Shown here piece after piece: positions 16,991 to 25,554 of a DNA stretch of 64,000 bases (its first letter is position 1; the number at the start of each line of letters is the position of its first letter). The notes under the pieces were generated by a model. The model saw only the letters and a list, made by a program, of their open reading frames with translations. It did no database searches and was not told the origin of the DNA. A program made the translations under genes and the position numbers. This stretch comes from Gemmatimonadaceae bacterium. GTDB lineage: Bacteria > Gemmatimonadota > Gemmatimonadetes > Gemmatimonadales > Gemmatimonadaceae. Where the stretch lies: contig JANJUF010000056.1 of assembly GCA_024710705.1 (NCBI GenBank), forward strand, positions 10,582 through 74,581. Direction: 5' to 3'.

Positions 16991-18205
16991 ATGTCGTCCG
17001 AGCCCACGTACGTCCGGAAGGGATTCGGCCTCAAGGCCGCGGTGCAGGACACCCTGACCGCCGACTATGATGGCCAGTTGGTGGATCTCCTCCTGGCCCG
17101 GGAGCACACCCTGGTGGCCGGGGAGGTCACGATCCGCCTCGCCAAGGAATTCGGATTCTGTTACGGGGTGGAGCGGGCGGTGGAATACGCCTACCAGACC
17201 CGCCTCAAGTTCCCGGACAAGCGGATCTTCCTGGCCGGCGAGATCATCCACAACCCGCACGTGAATGCCAAGCTCCGCGAGATGGGGATCGTGTTCCTCA
17301 AGCCGAGCGACAAGGGGTTCGACTACTCCGGGGTGGAGCCGGCCGACGTGGTGATCCTGCCGGCCTTCGGCGTGACGATCCACGACTTCGAGACGCTCCG
17401 CGCCAAGGGCTGCGTGATGGTGGACACCACTTGCGGCTCGGTGCTCAATGTCTGGAAGCGGGTGGAGGCCTACGCCAAGGACGGCTTCACGTCGCTGATC
17501 CACGGCAAGTACTATCACGAGGAGACGCGGGCGACGGCGTCGCAGGTGGAGAAGTATCCCGGCGGCACCTACCTCGTGGTGCGCGACATGGCCCAGGCCG
17601 AGGACGTGATGGCGTACATCGCCGGGAGCTTCGCAGGCGGACGGGACGCCTTCCTCACGAAGTACGCGCACGCCGCCAGCCCGCACTTCGACCCCGACAA
17701 GCACCTGCAGCGGATCGGCGTGGCCAACCAGACGACGATGTTGGCCCGCGAGTCGCTGGCCATCGGCGAGGCGGTGGGCGCGACGATGGAGCGCGTGTTC
17801 GGCGCCGAGCACCGCGCGGCCCACTTCCGCACCTTCGACACCATTTGCTCGGCCACCCAGGACCGGCAGGACGCCGTGAACGCCCTGCTCGCCGAGCCGC
17901 TGGACCTGATGCTCGTGATCGGCGGCTACAACTCCAGCAACACGATCTCGCTGGCGGCGCTGTGTGCCGAGCGGGTGCACACCTTCCACGTGGAGGATGC
18001 CACCGGGATTGACCCCGAGACCAAGGAGATCCGCCACCGCGCTCTCGCGACGGGGCAGGAAGTCTCCGAGACGTCGTGGCTGCCGAGCACCGGTGCGATC
18101 CGCGTGGGCATCACCGCGGGGGCGAGCACGCCGAACAACAAGATCGGCGAGACCGTCGCGCGCGTGTTGCTCACGCGCGGGCTGGATCCGGCGACCGTCG
18201 TCTGA
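16991..18205 (+). CDS. ispH: 4-hydroxy-3-methylbut-2-enyl diphosphate reductase, long (plant/cyanobacterial-type) form
   Basis: GFCYGVERA, IIHN, DTTC, HEET, QTT, TICSATQDRQ, SSNT, TAGASTP. Confidence 0.95.
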   Translation: MSSEPTYVRKGFGLKAAVQDTLTADYDGQLVDLLLAREHTLVAGEVTIRLAKEFGFCYGVERAVEYAYQTRLKFPDKRIFLAGEIIHNPHVNAKLREMGIVFLKPSDKGFDYSGVEPADVVILPAFGVTIHDFETLRAKGCVMVDTTCGSVLNVWKRVEAYAKDGFTSLIHGKYYHEETRATASQVEKYPGGTYLVVRDMAQAEDVMAYIAGSFAGGRDAFLTKYAHAASPHFDPDKHLQRIGVANQTTMLARESLAIGEAVGATMERVFGAEHRAAHFRTFDTICSATQDRQDAVNALLAEPLDLMLVIGGYNSSNTISLAALCAERVHTFHVEDATGIDPETKEIRHRALATGQEVSETSWLPSTGAIRVGITAGASTPNNKIGETVARVLLTRGLDPATVV

Positions 18206-18212
18206 CGCGGGC

Positions 18213-19187
18213 GTGAGCGCCGCTTCCCGCGCGGAACCTGGCTTCATCGCCCTCGAGGGGGGCGACTCGCGGATCGAAGTCGTTCCGTCGCAGGGCGGGC
18301 GCGTACGCGCGATGCATCTGTTCGGGCGCGAATGGTTGCTGCCAGGCGGCGAGGCGGAGCAACCGCGGCCGGGACGAGCGCCCATCACCGGCGCCGGCTG
18401 GGACGAGTGCGCACCCTGCGCCGGGGGCGGGCCGATGCCGAGCTGGGTGAAGGGGGTTGGCGGCAGTCCCCTGCCTGCGGGCGGCGAGGCGCGCGGCCAG
18501 CACGCCGACACATCGCTGGTCACGGACGCCGAAGGGCATAAGGTCGTCTGCGTGTGGCGCGGCGAGCGCATGCCGTGGGTGTTGACGCGCACGCTCCTCG
18601 TGCGCCCCGACGGCGCGATCGAAGCGCGATATGAGGCCCTCACGACCGGTAAGGATCGATTGCCATTCCTCTGGAGCGCCTGGCTTGTGTTCCCGCTCGA
18701 TGCGGGGACGAAGCTGCGACTGCCGGATGGTGGACGGCTGCGCATCGCTTCCCTCAGTGGTGCCGAGCAACGCGGTGGCGTGATGGAGGGCGATGGCAAG
18801 TGGCCGCGACTGGTGCTCGACAACAAGTCGCGCGACCTCTCGTCCCCGTGGACGGTGCCGAAGGCGACACAGCTCGCCGCCTGGCTCGACCTCGGCGCGG
18901 GGAGGTCGATGATCCAGCTCTGGCAGGCTGACGCACGGCTCACGCTGAGTTGCGACGGCGCCGGGGTCCCGTACTGCGGCGTGTTCATCGACCGGAGCGG
19001 GATGCAGCACCCACGCGGACGCGGGCTCATGTTGCGGCGCCGTGGGACGCCGGTGCTGGCGTTGGCTCCCTCGCTTGGCGCGCCCGACACCTACACCGAA
19101 GCGCTCGGCGATTGGCAGTCCATGACCTGGCTGGTGCCGGGCGAGCCGCGGCGCTGGACGATGACGATCCGCGGAGGCACGGGGTGA
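18213..19187 (+). CDS. Galactose mutarotase / aldose epimerase-like protein
   Basis: VVPSQGGRVR, GWDEC, LPFLWSA, beta-rich; GTG 18213. Confidence 0.6.
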   Translation: MSAASRAEPGFIALEGGDSRIEVVPSQGGRVRAMHLFGREWLLPGGEAEQPRPGRAPITGAGWDECAPCAGGGPMPSWVKGVGGSPLPAGGEARGQHADTSLVTDAEGHKVVCVWRGERMPWVLTRTLLVRPDGAIEARYEALTTGKDRLPFLWSAWLVFPLDAGTKLRLPDGGRLRIASLSGAEQRGGVMEGDGKWPRLVLDNKSRDLSSPWTVPKATQLAAWLDLGAGRSMIQLWQADARLTLSCDGAGVPYCGVFIDRSGMQHPRGRGLMLRRRGTPVLALAPSLGAPDTYTEALGDWQSMTWLVPGEPRRWTMTIRGGTG

Positions 19188-20068
19188 GTCACGCCCTCGG
19201 CACCCTGCTCGCGGGGCTCGTGGACTACGCCGGGCTCTTCCCGCCGGCGTCGCTGCCGATGCGGGAGGCGGTGCGCAACTACGGGCGCTACCGGGTGAGT
19301 GCGCATCAAGGGATGCTCGCGCGATTCGTGCTGCCCGTGGCGCGGCTCGGGGAGTTCGCCGAGGTCGCTCCGCTGGCGCGACATGCCGGGGATGTGGGAC
19401 CGTGGCCGCTGGCGGTGCTGGCCGCGGTCGCGGATGCACCGGCGCTCGAGGCCTTCGAGGCGGCGCAGGGCCCGGTGGCCCGCGCGGACTCAATCGAAGC
19501 CAAGGCCGAGGATGCGGCGACCATCGCCGCACTGGCGGCCGCCTTCCCGACGCGGACCGTGTACGTCGAGTTGCCGGTGCGGAGCGATCCCGCGGCGCTG
19601 ATCGCGGAATGCGGGGCGCGGGGCCTGCGCGCGAAGATCAGGACCGGTGGCGTCACCCCGGAGGCATTTCCTCGTCCGGACGACGTGCTGCGCTTCCTCG
19701 CCGCCTGCGTCGCACAGGACGTGCCGTTCAAGGCCACGGCGGGGCTGCACCATCCCCTGCGCGGGGAGTATCCGCTGACCTACGCGCCGGATGCCGAGCG
19801 CGGCACGATGTACGGATTCCTCAACGTGTTCCTCGCGGCGCTACTGCTCCGGGAGGGACATGCCGCGTCCATGGTGGCGCCGGTGCTCGAGGAGCGCGAT
19901 GCTTCGAGCATCCAAGTGAGCGCGGACGGCGTCACGTGGCGCGGCCATGCGGTGCCCACCGCGCGCATCGCCGAGGCACGTGCGGCCTTCGCTGGCTCCT
20001 TCGGCTCCTGCTCATTCGAGGAGCCGGTCGAGGATCTCATTTCGCTCTCCCTCCTTCCCAGCGCCTGA
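19184..20068 (+). CDS. Conserved hypothetical protein translationally coupled to fahA
   Basis: GLVDYAGLFPPASL, KIRTGG, FKATAGLHHP, GFLNV, FGSCSF; GTGA and TGATG overlaps. Confidence 0.8.
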   Translation: MSHALGTLLAGLVDYAGLFPPASLPMREAVRNYGRYRVSAHQGMLARFVLPVARLGEFAEVAPLARHAGDVGPWPLAVLAAVADAPALEAFEAAQGPVARADSIEAKAEDAATIAALAAAFPTRTVYVELPVRSDPAALIAECGARGLRAKIRTGGVTPEAFPRPDDVLRFLAACVAQDVPFKATAGLHHPLRGEYPLTYAPDAERGTMYGFLNVFLAALLLREGHAASMVAPVLEERDASSIQVSADGVTWRGHAVPTARIAEARAAFAGSFGSCSFEEPVEDLISLSLLPSA

Positions 20069-21387
20069 TGACGCTCGACGCGACCCACGATCCGGCACTG
20101 CGTAGCTGGGTGCCCGCGGCGCAGGTGGCCGGCACCGATTTCCCGATCCAGAACCTTCCGCTCGGCGCCTTCGTGCTCGGTGAAGGACAGGCCGCGCGGC
20201 TCGGCGTGGCCATCGGCGACCGGATCCTCGACCTGACCCGCGCCGCCGAGTCGGGCCTGTTGGACGGGCTGCACACGGCGGTGGTCGAGGCCTGCGCCGC
20301 GGAGTCGCTCACGCCACTCCTCGCCACGGGCCGCGGCGGGCTCAAGGCCCTACGCGGCCGGGTGAGCGCGCTGCTCAACGCTGAAGGCGCCGAGGGCGCG
20401 CGGGCCCGCGTGGTGGGCGCACTGACCGTCGCCATGGCGGATGTGCAGATGGTACTCCCGGCGACCATCGGCGATTACACGGACTTCTACGCCAGCATCG
20501 ACCACGCGACCAATGTGGGGTCGATGTTCCGTCCGGACAACCCGCTGTTGCCGAACTACCGACACGTGCCGATCGGCTATCACGGCCGCGCGTCGAGCAT
20601 CGTGGTGAGCGGGACGCCGGTGCGTCGTCCGCAGGGGCAGACCGCGGCCAAGCCCGAGGGCCCGCCGACGTTCGGGCCGAGCGCACGCATGGACTACGAG
20701 CTCGAGGTCGGTGCGTTCATCGCCAGTGGGAATGTCTTGGGCAACACCATTCCGCTCGGCGAAGCCGAGCATTTCCTCGGTGGGTTGGTGCTGGTGAATG
20801 ATTGGTCGGCACGAGACCTGCAGAGCTGGGAGTACCAGCCGCTGGGTCCCTTCCTCGCGAAGAACTTCGCGACCACGGTGTCGCCGTGGGTGGTGACGCT
20901 CGATGCGCTGGCGCCGTTTCGCTTGCCCGCGCGCGCTCGGGGTTCGGATGAGCCGACGCCGTTGCCCTATCTCGACGATGCGCACGACCGCAATGCGGGC
21001 GGGTTTGGTCTCACGCTCGAGGTGTGGCTGCGTACAGCGGCGATGCGTGAGACCGGCGAGGCGGCAGTGCGGCTCAGCCACGGCGATTTCACGCGCATGT
21101 ACTGGACGCTCGGCCAGTTGCTCACGCACCACGCCAGCAACGGCTGCAACCTGCGCCCCGGCGATCTCATCGCCAGCGGAACGGTGTCGGGGCCAACGAA
21201 GGAGTCGCGCGGGAGCATGCTCGAGCTGGCGTGGCGAGGGACGGAGCCGATCACGCTCCCGAATGGAGAAACGCGCGCCTTCCTCGCCGACGGCGACGAG
21301 GTGATCCTGCGCGGCTGGTGCGAGCGCGCCGGCGCGGTGCGGATCGGGCTGGGCGAATGCCGCGGGGTGTTGCTGGCGGCGGAGTAG
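20068..21387 (+). CDS. fahA: Fumarylacetoacetase
   Basis: DFPIQNLP, GDYTDFY, HATNVG, YHGRASS, DYELE, NDWSARD, WEYQPLGPF. Confidence 0.95.
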   Translation: MTLDATHDPALRSWVPAAQVAGTDFPIQNLPLGAFVLGEGQAARLGVAIGDRILDLTRAAESGLLDGLHTAVVEACAAESLTPLLATGRGGLKALRGRVSALLNAEGAEGARARVVGALTVAMADVQMVLPATIGDYTDFYASIDHATNVGSMFRPDNPLLPNYRHVPIGYHGRASSIVVSGTPVRRPQGQTAAKPEGPPTFGPSARMDYELEVGAFIASGNVLGNTIPLGEAEHFLGGLVLVNDWSARDLQSWEYQPLGPFLAKNFATTVSPWVVTLDALAPFRLPARARGSDEPTPLPYLDDAHDRNAGGFGLTLEVWLRTAAMRETGEAAVRLSHGDFTRMYWTLGQLLTHHASNGCNLRPGDLIASGTVSGPTKESRGSMLELAWRGTEPITLPNGETRAFLADGDEVILRGWCERAGAVRIGLGECRGVLLAAE

Positions 21388-21423
21388 GACCCAACGTTTT
21401 CACGACTTCTTGGAGATCGAACC

Positions 21424-22302
21424 ATGCGGCGGACAGTGCTCGGCTCGGCAATCGCCCTTCTCGGACTCGGTGCGGGCGCGCTCGAGGCGCAGGGCGGGAC
21501 GGACGTGTGGGTCGCGACATTCACCGAGCGCGGCAGCGCCATCAGCATCGGGCGACCGGTCAACGTCACGAACCGGCCGGGCTACGACAACCAGCCCGCG
21601 TTCACGCCGGATGGTGGGTCGGTGCTGTTCACGTCCATCCGCGAGGACGCGCAGGCCGACATCTGGCGGGTGAGCCTCGCTGACCTCTCCACCGCGCGAC
21701 TCACCGGCGCGCCGGAGTCCGAGTACTCGGCCACGCCGATGCCCGATGGCAGTGGCTTCAGCGTGATCCGCGTGGAGCAGGACAGCACGCAGCGGCTCTG
21801 GGCCTTCGACTGGCAGGGGAATCCGTCGCGCATCATCGTGCCGGCGCTCAAGCCGGTGGGCTATCACGTGTGGGTGGGCGAGAGCGTGCTCGGTGGCTTC
21901 GTGCTCGGCAGCCCGAACGCGCTGGTGTTGATGGATCCGCGCAGCGGTCGGGTGGACACGTTGGCGCGCGGGATCGGGCGCGCCTTCGCGCGCGTCCCCG
22001 GTCGTGACGCCTTCACGTTCATCCACTTCCACGGCGACACGTCAGTCATCGGCGAAGTGGACGTGCGCCCGAAGGCGGTGCGGCGGCTGGCCGTGGCGCC
22101 CGAGGGCGGGGAGTACCACATCTGGACGCCGGGTGGCGCGCTCATCATCACGGCCGGAAGTCGGCTCTACCGCTGGACCGATGGCCGCTGGGACGTGGTC
22201 GCCGACCTGGCGGCGTATGGCCTACGCGGGCTCTCGCGCATCGCCATCAATGCGCAGGGTGATCGCCTCGCACTCGTGTCCGCGGAGCCGCGCACGCCGT
22301 GA
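21424..22302 (+). CDS. Secreted TolB/PD40-like beta-propeller protein
   Basis: Signal peptide; GYDNQPAFTPDG, SEYSATPMPDG repeats. Confidence 0.8.
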   Translation: MRRTVLGSAIALLGLGAGALEAQGGTDVWVATFTERGSAISIGRPVNVTNRPGYDNQPAFTPDGGSVLFTSIREDAQADIWRVSLADLSTARLTGAPESEYSATPMPDGSGFSVIRVEQDSTQRLWAFDWQGNPSRIIVPALKPVGYHVWVGESVLGGFVLGSPNALVLMDPRSGRVDTLARGIGRAFARVPGRDAFTFIHFHGDTSVIGEVDVRPKAVRRLAVAPEGGEYHIWTPGGALIITAGSRLYRWTDGRWDVVADLAAYGLRGLSRIAINAQGDRLALVSAEPRTP

Positions 22303-23060
22303 GTGGACCGGAGGCTCCGCGCGACTTTGCGGCGCTCTTCTCCGGGCACGCGGCGGCGTACGCAGCGTTTCGACCGCGCTACCCGGTGGCGCTGTACGAT
22401 TGGCTGTCGCGGGAGGCGCCGGGCACCGCCTTGGCGTGGGACGCCGGCACCGGCAACGGCCAGGTGGCCGTCGGACTGGCCACGCGCTTCGCGCGCGTCG
22501 TGGCCACCGATCCCAGCGCCGAGCAGCTCGCGCAGGCGGAGCCGCACCCTCGGGTGCGGTACGCGCAGGGCCGTTACGAGCCGCCGGTGCCTGACGGGAT
22601 TGTGCAGCTCATCACGGTGGGGCAGGCGCTGCACTGGTTCGACCTTCCGGCATTCATTGCAGGCGCGCGGCGGGTGCTCACACCCGGCGGCCTCATCGCA
22701 GCCTTCGCCTATGCGCACAGCCAGGTCAGCTCGGCGGTCGATCAGGTGGTACGGCACTACCACGATGTCACCGTGGGCCCGTACTGGGCGCCGGAGCACC
22801 ATCTGATCCACGACGGCTACCGCACGCTCGAGTTCCCCATCGCCGAGCTGGACGCACCGGCGTTCGAGATCGCCGAGGAGTGGACGCTGGCGCAGTATGC
22901 AGGATTCCTGCGCACCTGGAGTTCGGTGCAGCGGCTGATTCGTGCCGAGGGCGACGGGAAGGTCACCGCGTTCGAGCAGGGGCTGGCCGAGGCCTGGGGT
23001 GCCGAGCCCAGGCGGACCGTCCGGTGGCCGCTGGTCATGCGGGTGGGTCCGCTGGCTTGA
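22299..23060 (+). CDS. Class I SAM-dependent methyltransferase
   Basis: WDAGTGNGQ, QALHWFD, YAAFRPRYP. Confidence 0.9.
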   Translation: MSGPEAPRDFAALFSGHAAAYAAFRPRYPVALYDWLSREAPGTALAWDAGTGNGQVAVGLATRFARVVATDPSAEQLAQAEPHPRVRYAQGRYEPPVPDGIVQLITVGQALHWFDLPAFIAGARRVLTPGGLIAAFAYAHSQVSSAVDQVVRHYHDVTVGPYWAPEHHLIHDGYRTLEFPIAELDAPAFEIAEEWTLAQYAGFLRTWSSVQRLIRAEGDGKVTAFEQGLAEAWGAEPRRTVRWPLVMRVGPLA

Positions 23061-23124
23061 GTGACGCCTTGCGCGAAGGCCGCGCCTCGGGTGAGGATTC
23101 ATTCTCCCACACCGACTTGGTCAG

Positions 23125-23592
23125 ATGCCCACGAAGCCTGCCCCACGTACGTCGCAGCCGAGCGCGCATCCTGTACGCGACGCGGCCGATGCCCTGCTCC
23201 GCGCCGCGAAGGAGTGCTGCCACCAGCACGACCGGCTTGCCCTTCTGAACAAGGTCCACGCCGACGATACCGAGTTCAGTGCGGCCTGGGATGTGGCGGA
23301 GATTTGCGAAGGGCAGTTGGCGGCACAGACCGCCCGGTACGAGGAGACAGCGCAACTCGGTCGCGGGGCGGAACCCGAGGAGCTGTGGAAGAGCGCCAAC
23401 GCACTCTGGATGGCCTGCCGCGAGTACGTGCGGCGCCACTCGGCGGGGAATGAAGCCGCCTCGCGCCGGAAGCGGCACGGCGCGGCCGAGCTGTCGGAGA
23501 TCACGATGGATTACGAGTTGGAGCTTTCGGCGCGCATCGCGGTGAAGCAAGCCATCAACGCGTATGCGGTGTTTCGGCCGGACGCGTCCTGA
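23125..23592 (+). CDS. Hypothetical helical protein
   Basis: 155-aa ORF with helical pattern and scattered Cys/His; fits the gap between neighbours. Confidence 0.65.
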   Translation: MPTKPAPRTSQPSAHPVRDAADALLRAAKECCHQHDRLALLNKVHADDTEFSAAWDVAEICEGQLAAQTARYEETAQLGRGAEPEELWKSANALWMACREYVRRHSAGNEAASRRKRHGAAELSEITMDYELELSARIAVKQAINAYAVFRPDAS

Positions 23593-23619
23593 GGCCGCGG
23601 CAGCGTTGAGCGAAGCGGC

Positions 23620-25554
23620 TCAGCGCGACTCGGCGGCCTCGGCCCAGGCCGCCAGCGCGTCATCCAATGCCTTCCGCGCCTTGGCCAATTCCTGATCCAA
23701 CTCGGCCGCGCGCCGCGCCGCTTCCGACGAACCATCGTACAACTCGGGATCGGCCAGTTTCTCCTCGAGCTCCGCCACCCGCGCCTCCCATCGCCCTGCG
23801 GCCTGCTCGGCGTCGTCCGCGGCGCGCTTCTTGGCCCGTTTGGTGGCCTGGTCGTCACTCTGCGACGACGCGCCCTTCTTCGCCTTTTCCTTCTCCTGCT
23901 GCCGCCGCTTGTCGGCCGCCTCGGCCTCCACTCGCGCAGCCTGCGCGGATTTGTCGTTGTGCCAGGTCTCCCACTCGACGAAGCTGCCGTCGAAATCCAC
24001 GAGATGGTTGCCTTCGAAGGCCCACACCCGCGTGGCCACTTCGCGCAGGAAGGCACGGTCGTGGCTCACGAGCAGCACCGTGCCCTCGTACTCGTCGAGC
24101 GCATCCTCGAGGGCCTCGATGTTCTCGACGTCGAGGTGATTGGTCGGCTCGTCGAGGATGAGCACGTTGGCGTGCGAGAGCGTAATCAGCGCCAGCGCCA
24201 TGCGGGCGCGCTCGCCGCCGCTGAGCGTCTTGATGTCGCGGAAGACCTCGTCGCCGCTGAAGCCGAATGCGCCGAGGTGGTTCTGCACGCCGCCGTGGCT
24301 CCAGAGCGGGCGATGGTCGAGCACCGCGTCCATCAGTGACTTGTTGAGTGGCAGGTCGGCGAGATCCTGCCGGAACCACGCCGGCGTGATCGCGCCGCCG
24401 ACGCGCACCTCGCCAGCGGCCGGTGCGCGCTCGCCGAGGATGGTGGAGATGAACGACGACTTGCCGGCGCCGTTGGGCCCGACCAGCGCGACGAAGTCGT
24501 TGCGGCGCAGCACGGCGGTGAACTTGTCCACCAGCACGCGGCCGGGAACCTCCACACGCAGATCCTTGATGGCGATGACTTGGTCTCCGCCGCGCTCCGC
24601 GGGCTCGAAACGAAGGTTCATCGCCGCCGGATCGCCGGGCGGGGGCGTGAGGCGGGGAAGTCGCTCGAGCCGCTTGCGCTTGCCCTTGGCCTGGAAGGAG
24701 TTCACGCCGGCCAGGTTGCGGCGGATGTACTCCTCCTCCTTGGCCACGTACTTCCGCTGGCGCTCCAACTCGCGCTCGCGCGTGAGCCGACGCTCGGCGC
24801 GCTGGGGCACGAACTGGCTGTAGTTCCCCTTGTAGGCCTCGCTGGTGCGCCCCTCGATGTGCAGGATGTGGGTGCAGATGGCGTCCATGAAGGCGCGGTC
24901 GTGCGAGATGACGATGATCGTCTCGTCGCACTCGCGGAGCCAGTCCTGCAACCAGGTGGTGGTGTCGAGGTCGAGGTGATTGGTGGGTTCGTCGAGGAGC
25001 AGCAGGTCGGCCGGTGCGATCAGCTGCGCGGCGAGGCCCACGCGGCCGCGTTCGCCGCCTGACAGTGACGACACGAGGCGCGTCTTCGATTCCTCGGCGT
25101 CGAAGCCAAGGCCCTGGAGCACGGCGTCCACGCGGGCGTGGTACACGTAGCCGCCGAGGTCGGCGAAGCGCTCTTGGTCGTGCCCGAACTTCTCGAGAAA
25201 GTCGTCGGGGATGTTCTCGCCGAACTCGCCCAGCTGCACGGCCTGCTCGGCGATGGATTTCTCGAGGGCCATGACCTCGCGCCAGGCGGCGGCCGCGGCC
25301 TCCCATACGGTCGTGGCGCCCTCAAAGGCGCGGTGCTGGTCGAGCAGCGCGTGGCGCAGCCCCGGCCTGCGCGCGACGCTGCCCACGGTGGGTTTCATCG
25401 CCTCGGTGATGATCCTGAAGAGCGACGACTTGCCGGCGCCGTTCCGTCCGATGATCCCCCAGCGGTCCCCGTCGCCGACCGTGAAGGTGATGTTCCTGAG
25501 GAGCTCCGTGGCGCCGAACGAAATGCCGACGCCGGACATCGAGATGCAGGTCAC
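23620..25554 (-). CDS. ABC-F family ATP-binding protein
   Basis: Two ABC domains (GRNGAGKS, LSGGE, LDEPTNHLD twice), no TM segments, C-terminal coiled coil. Confidence 0.95.
   Translation of the reverse strand: MTCISMSGVGISFGATELLRNITFTVGDGDRWGIIGRNGAGKSSLFRIITEAMKPTVGSVARRPGLRHALLDQHRAFEGATTVWEAAAAAWREVMALEKSIAEQAVQLGEFGENIPDDFLEKFGHDQERFADLGGYVYHARVDAVLQGLGFDAEESKTRLVSSLSGGERGRVGLAAQLIAPADLLLLDEPTNHLDLDTTTWLQDWLRECDETIIVISHDRAFMDAICTHILHIEGRTSEAYKGNYSQFVPQRAERRLTRERELERQRKYVAKEEEYIRRNLAGVNSFQAKGKRKRLERLPRLTPPPGDPAAMNLRFEPAERGGDQVIAIKDLRVEVPGRVLVDKFTAVLRRNDFVALVGPNGAGKSSFISTILGERAPAAGEVRVGGAITPAWFRQDLADLPLNKSLMDAVLDHRPLWSHGGVQNHLGAFGFSGDEVFRDIKTLSGGERARMALALITLSHANVLILDEPTNHLDVENIEALEDALDEYEGTVLLVSHDRAFLREVATRVWAFEGNHLVDFDGSFVEWETWHNDKSAQAARVEAEAADKRRQQEKEKAKKGASSQSDDQATKRAKKRAADDAEQAAGRWEARVAELEEKLADPELYDGSSEAARRAAELDQELAKARKALDDALAAWAEAAESR

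Noticed and set aside
16955-19090. Apparent 700-aa N-terminal extension of SthA (1204-aa ORF)
   Set aside because: Antisense to ispH and the epimerase-like gene; SthA homology begins at ATG 16954
19402-20067. Long N-terminal extension of FahA in the ORF track
   Set aside because: Overlaps the real upstream gene in another frame; FahA begins at the TGATG junction 20068
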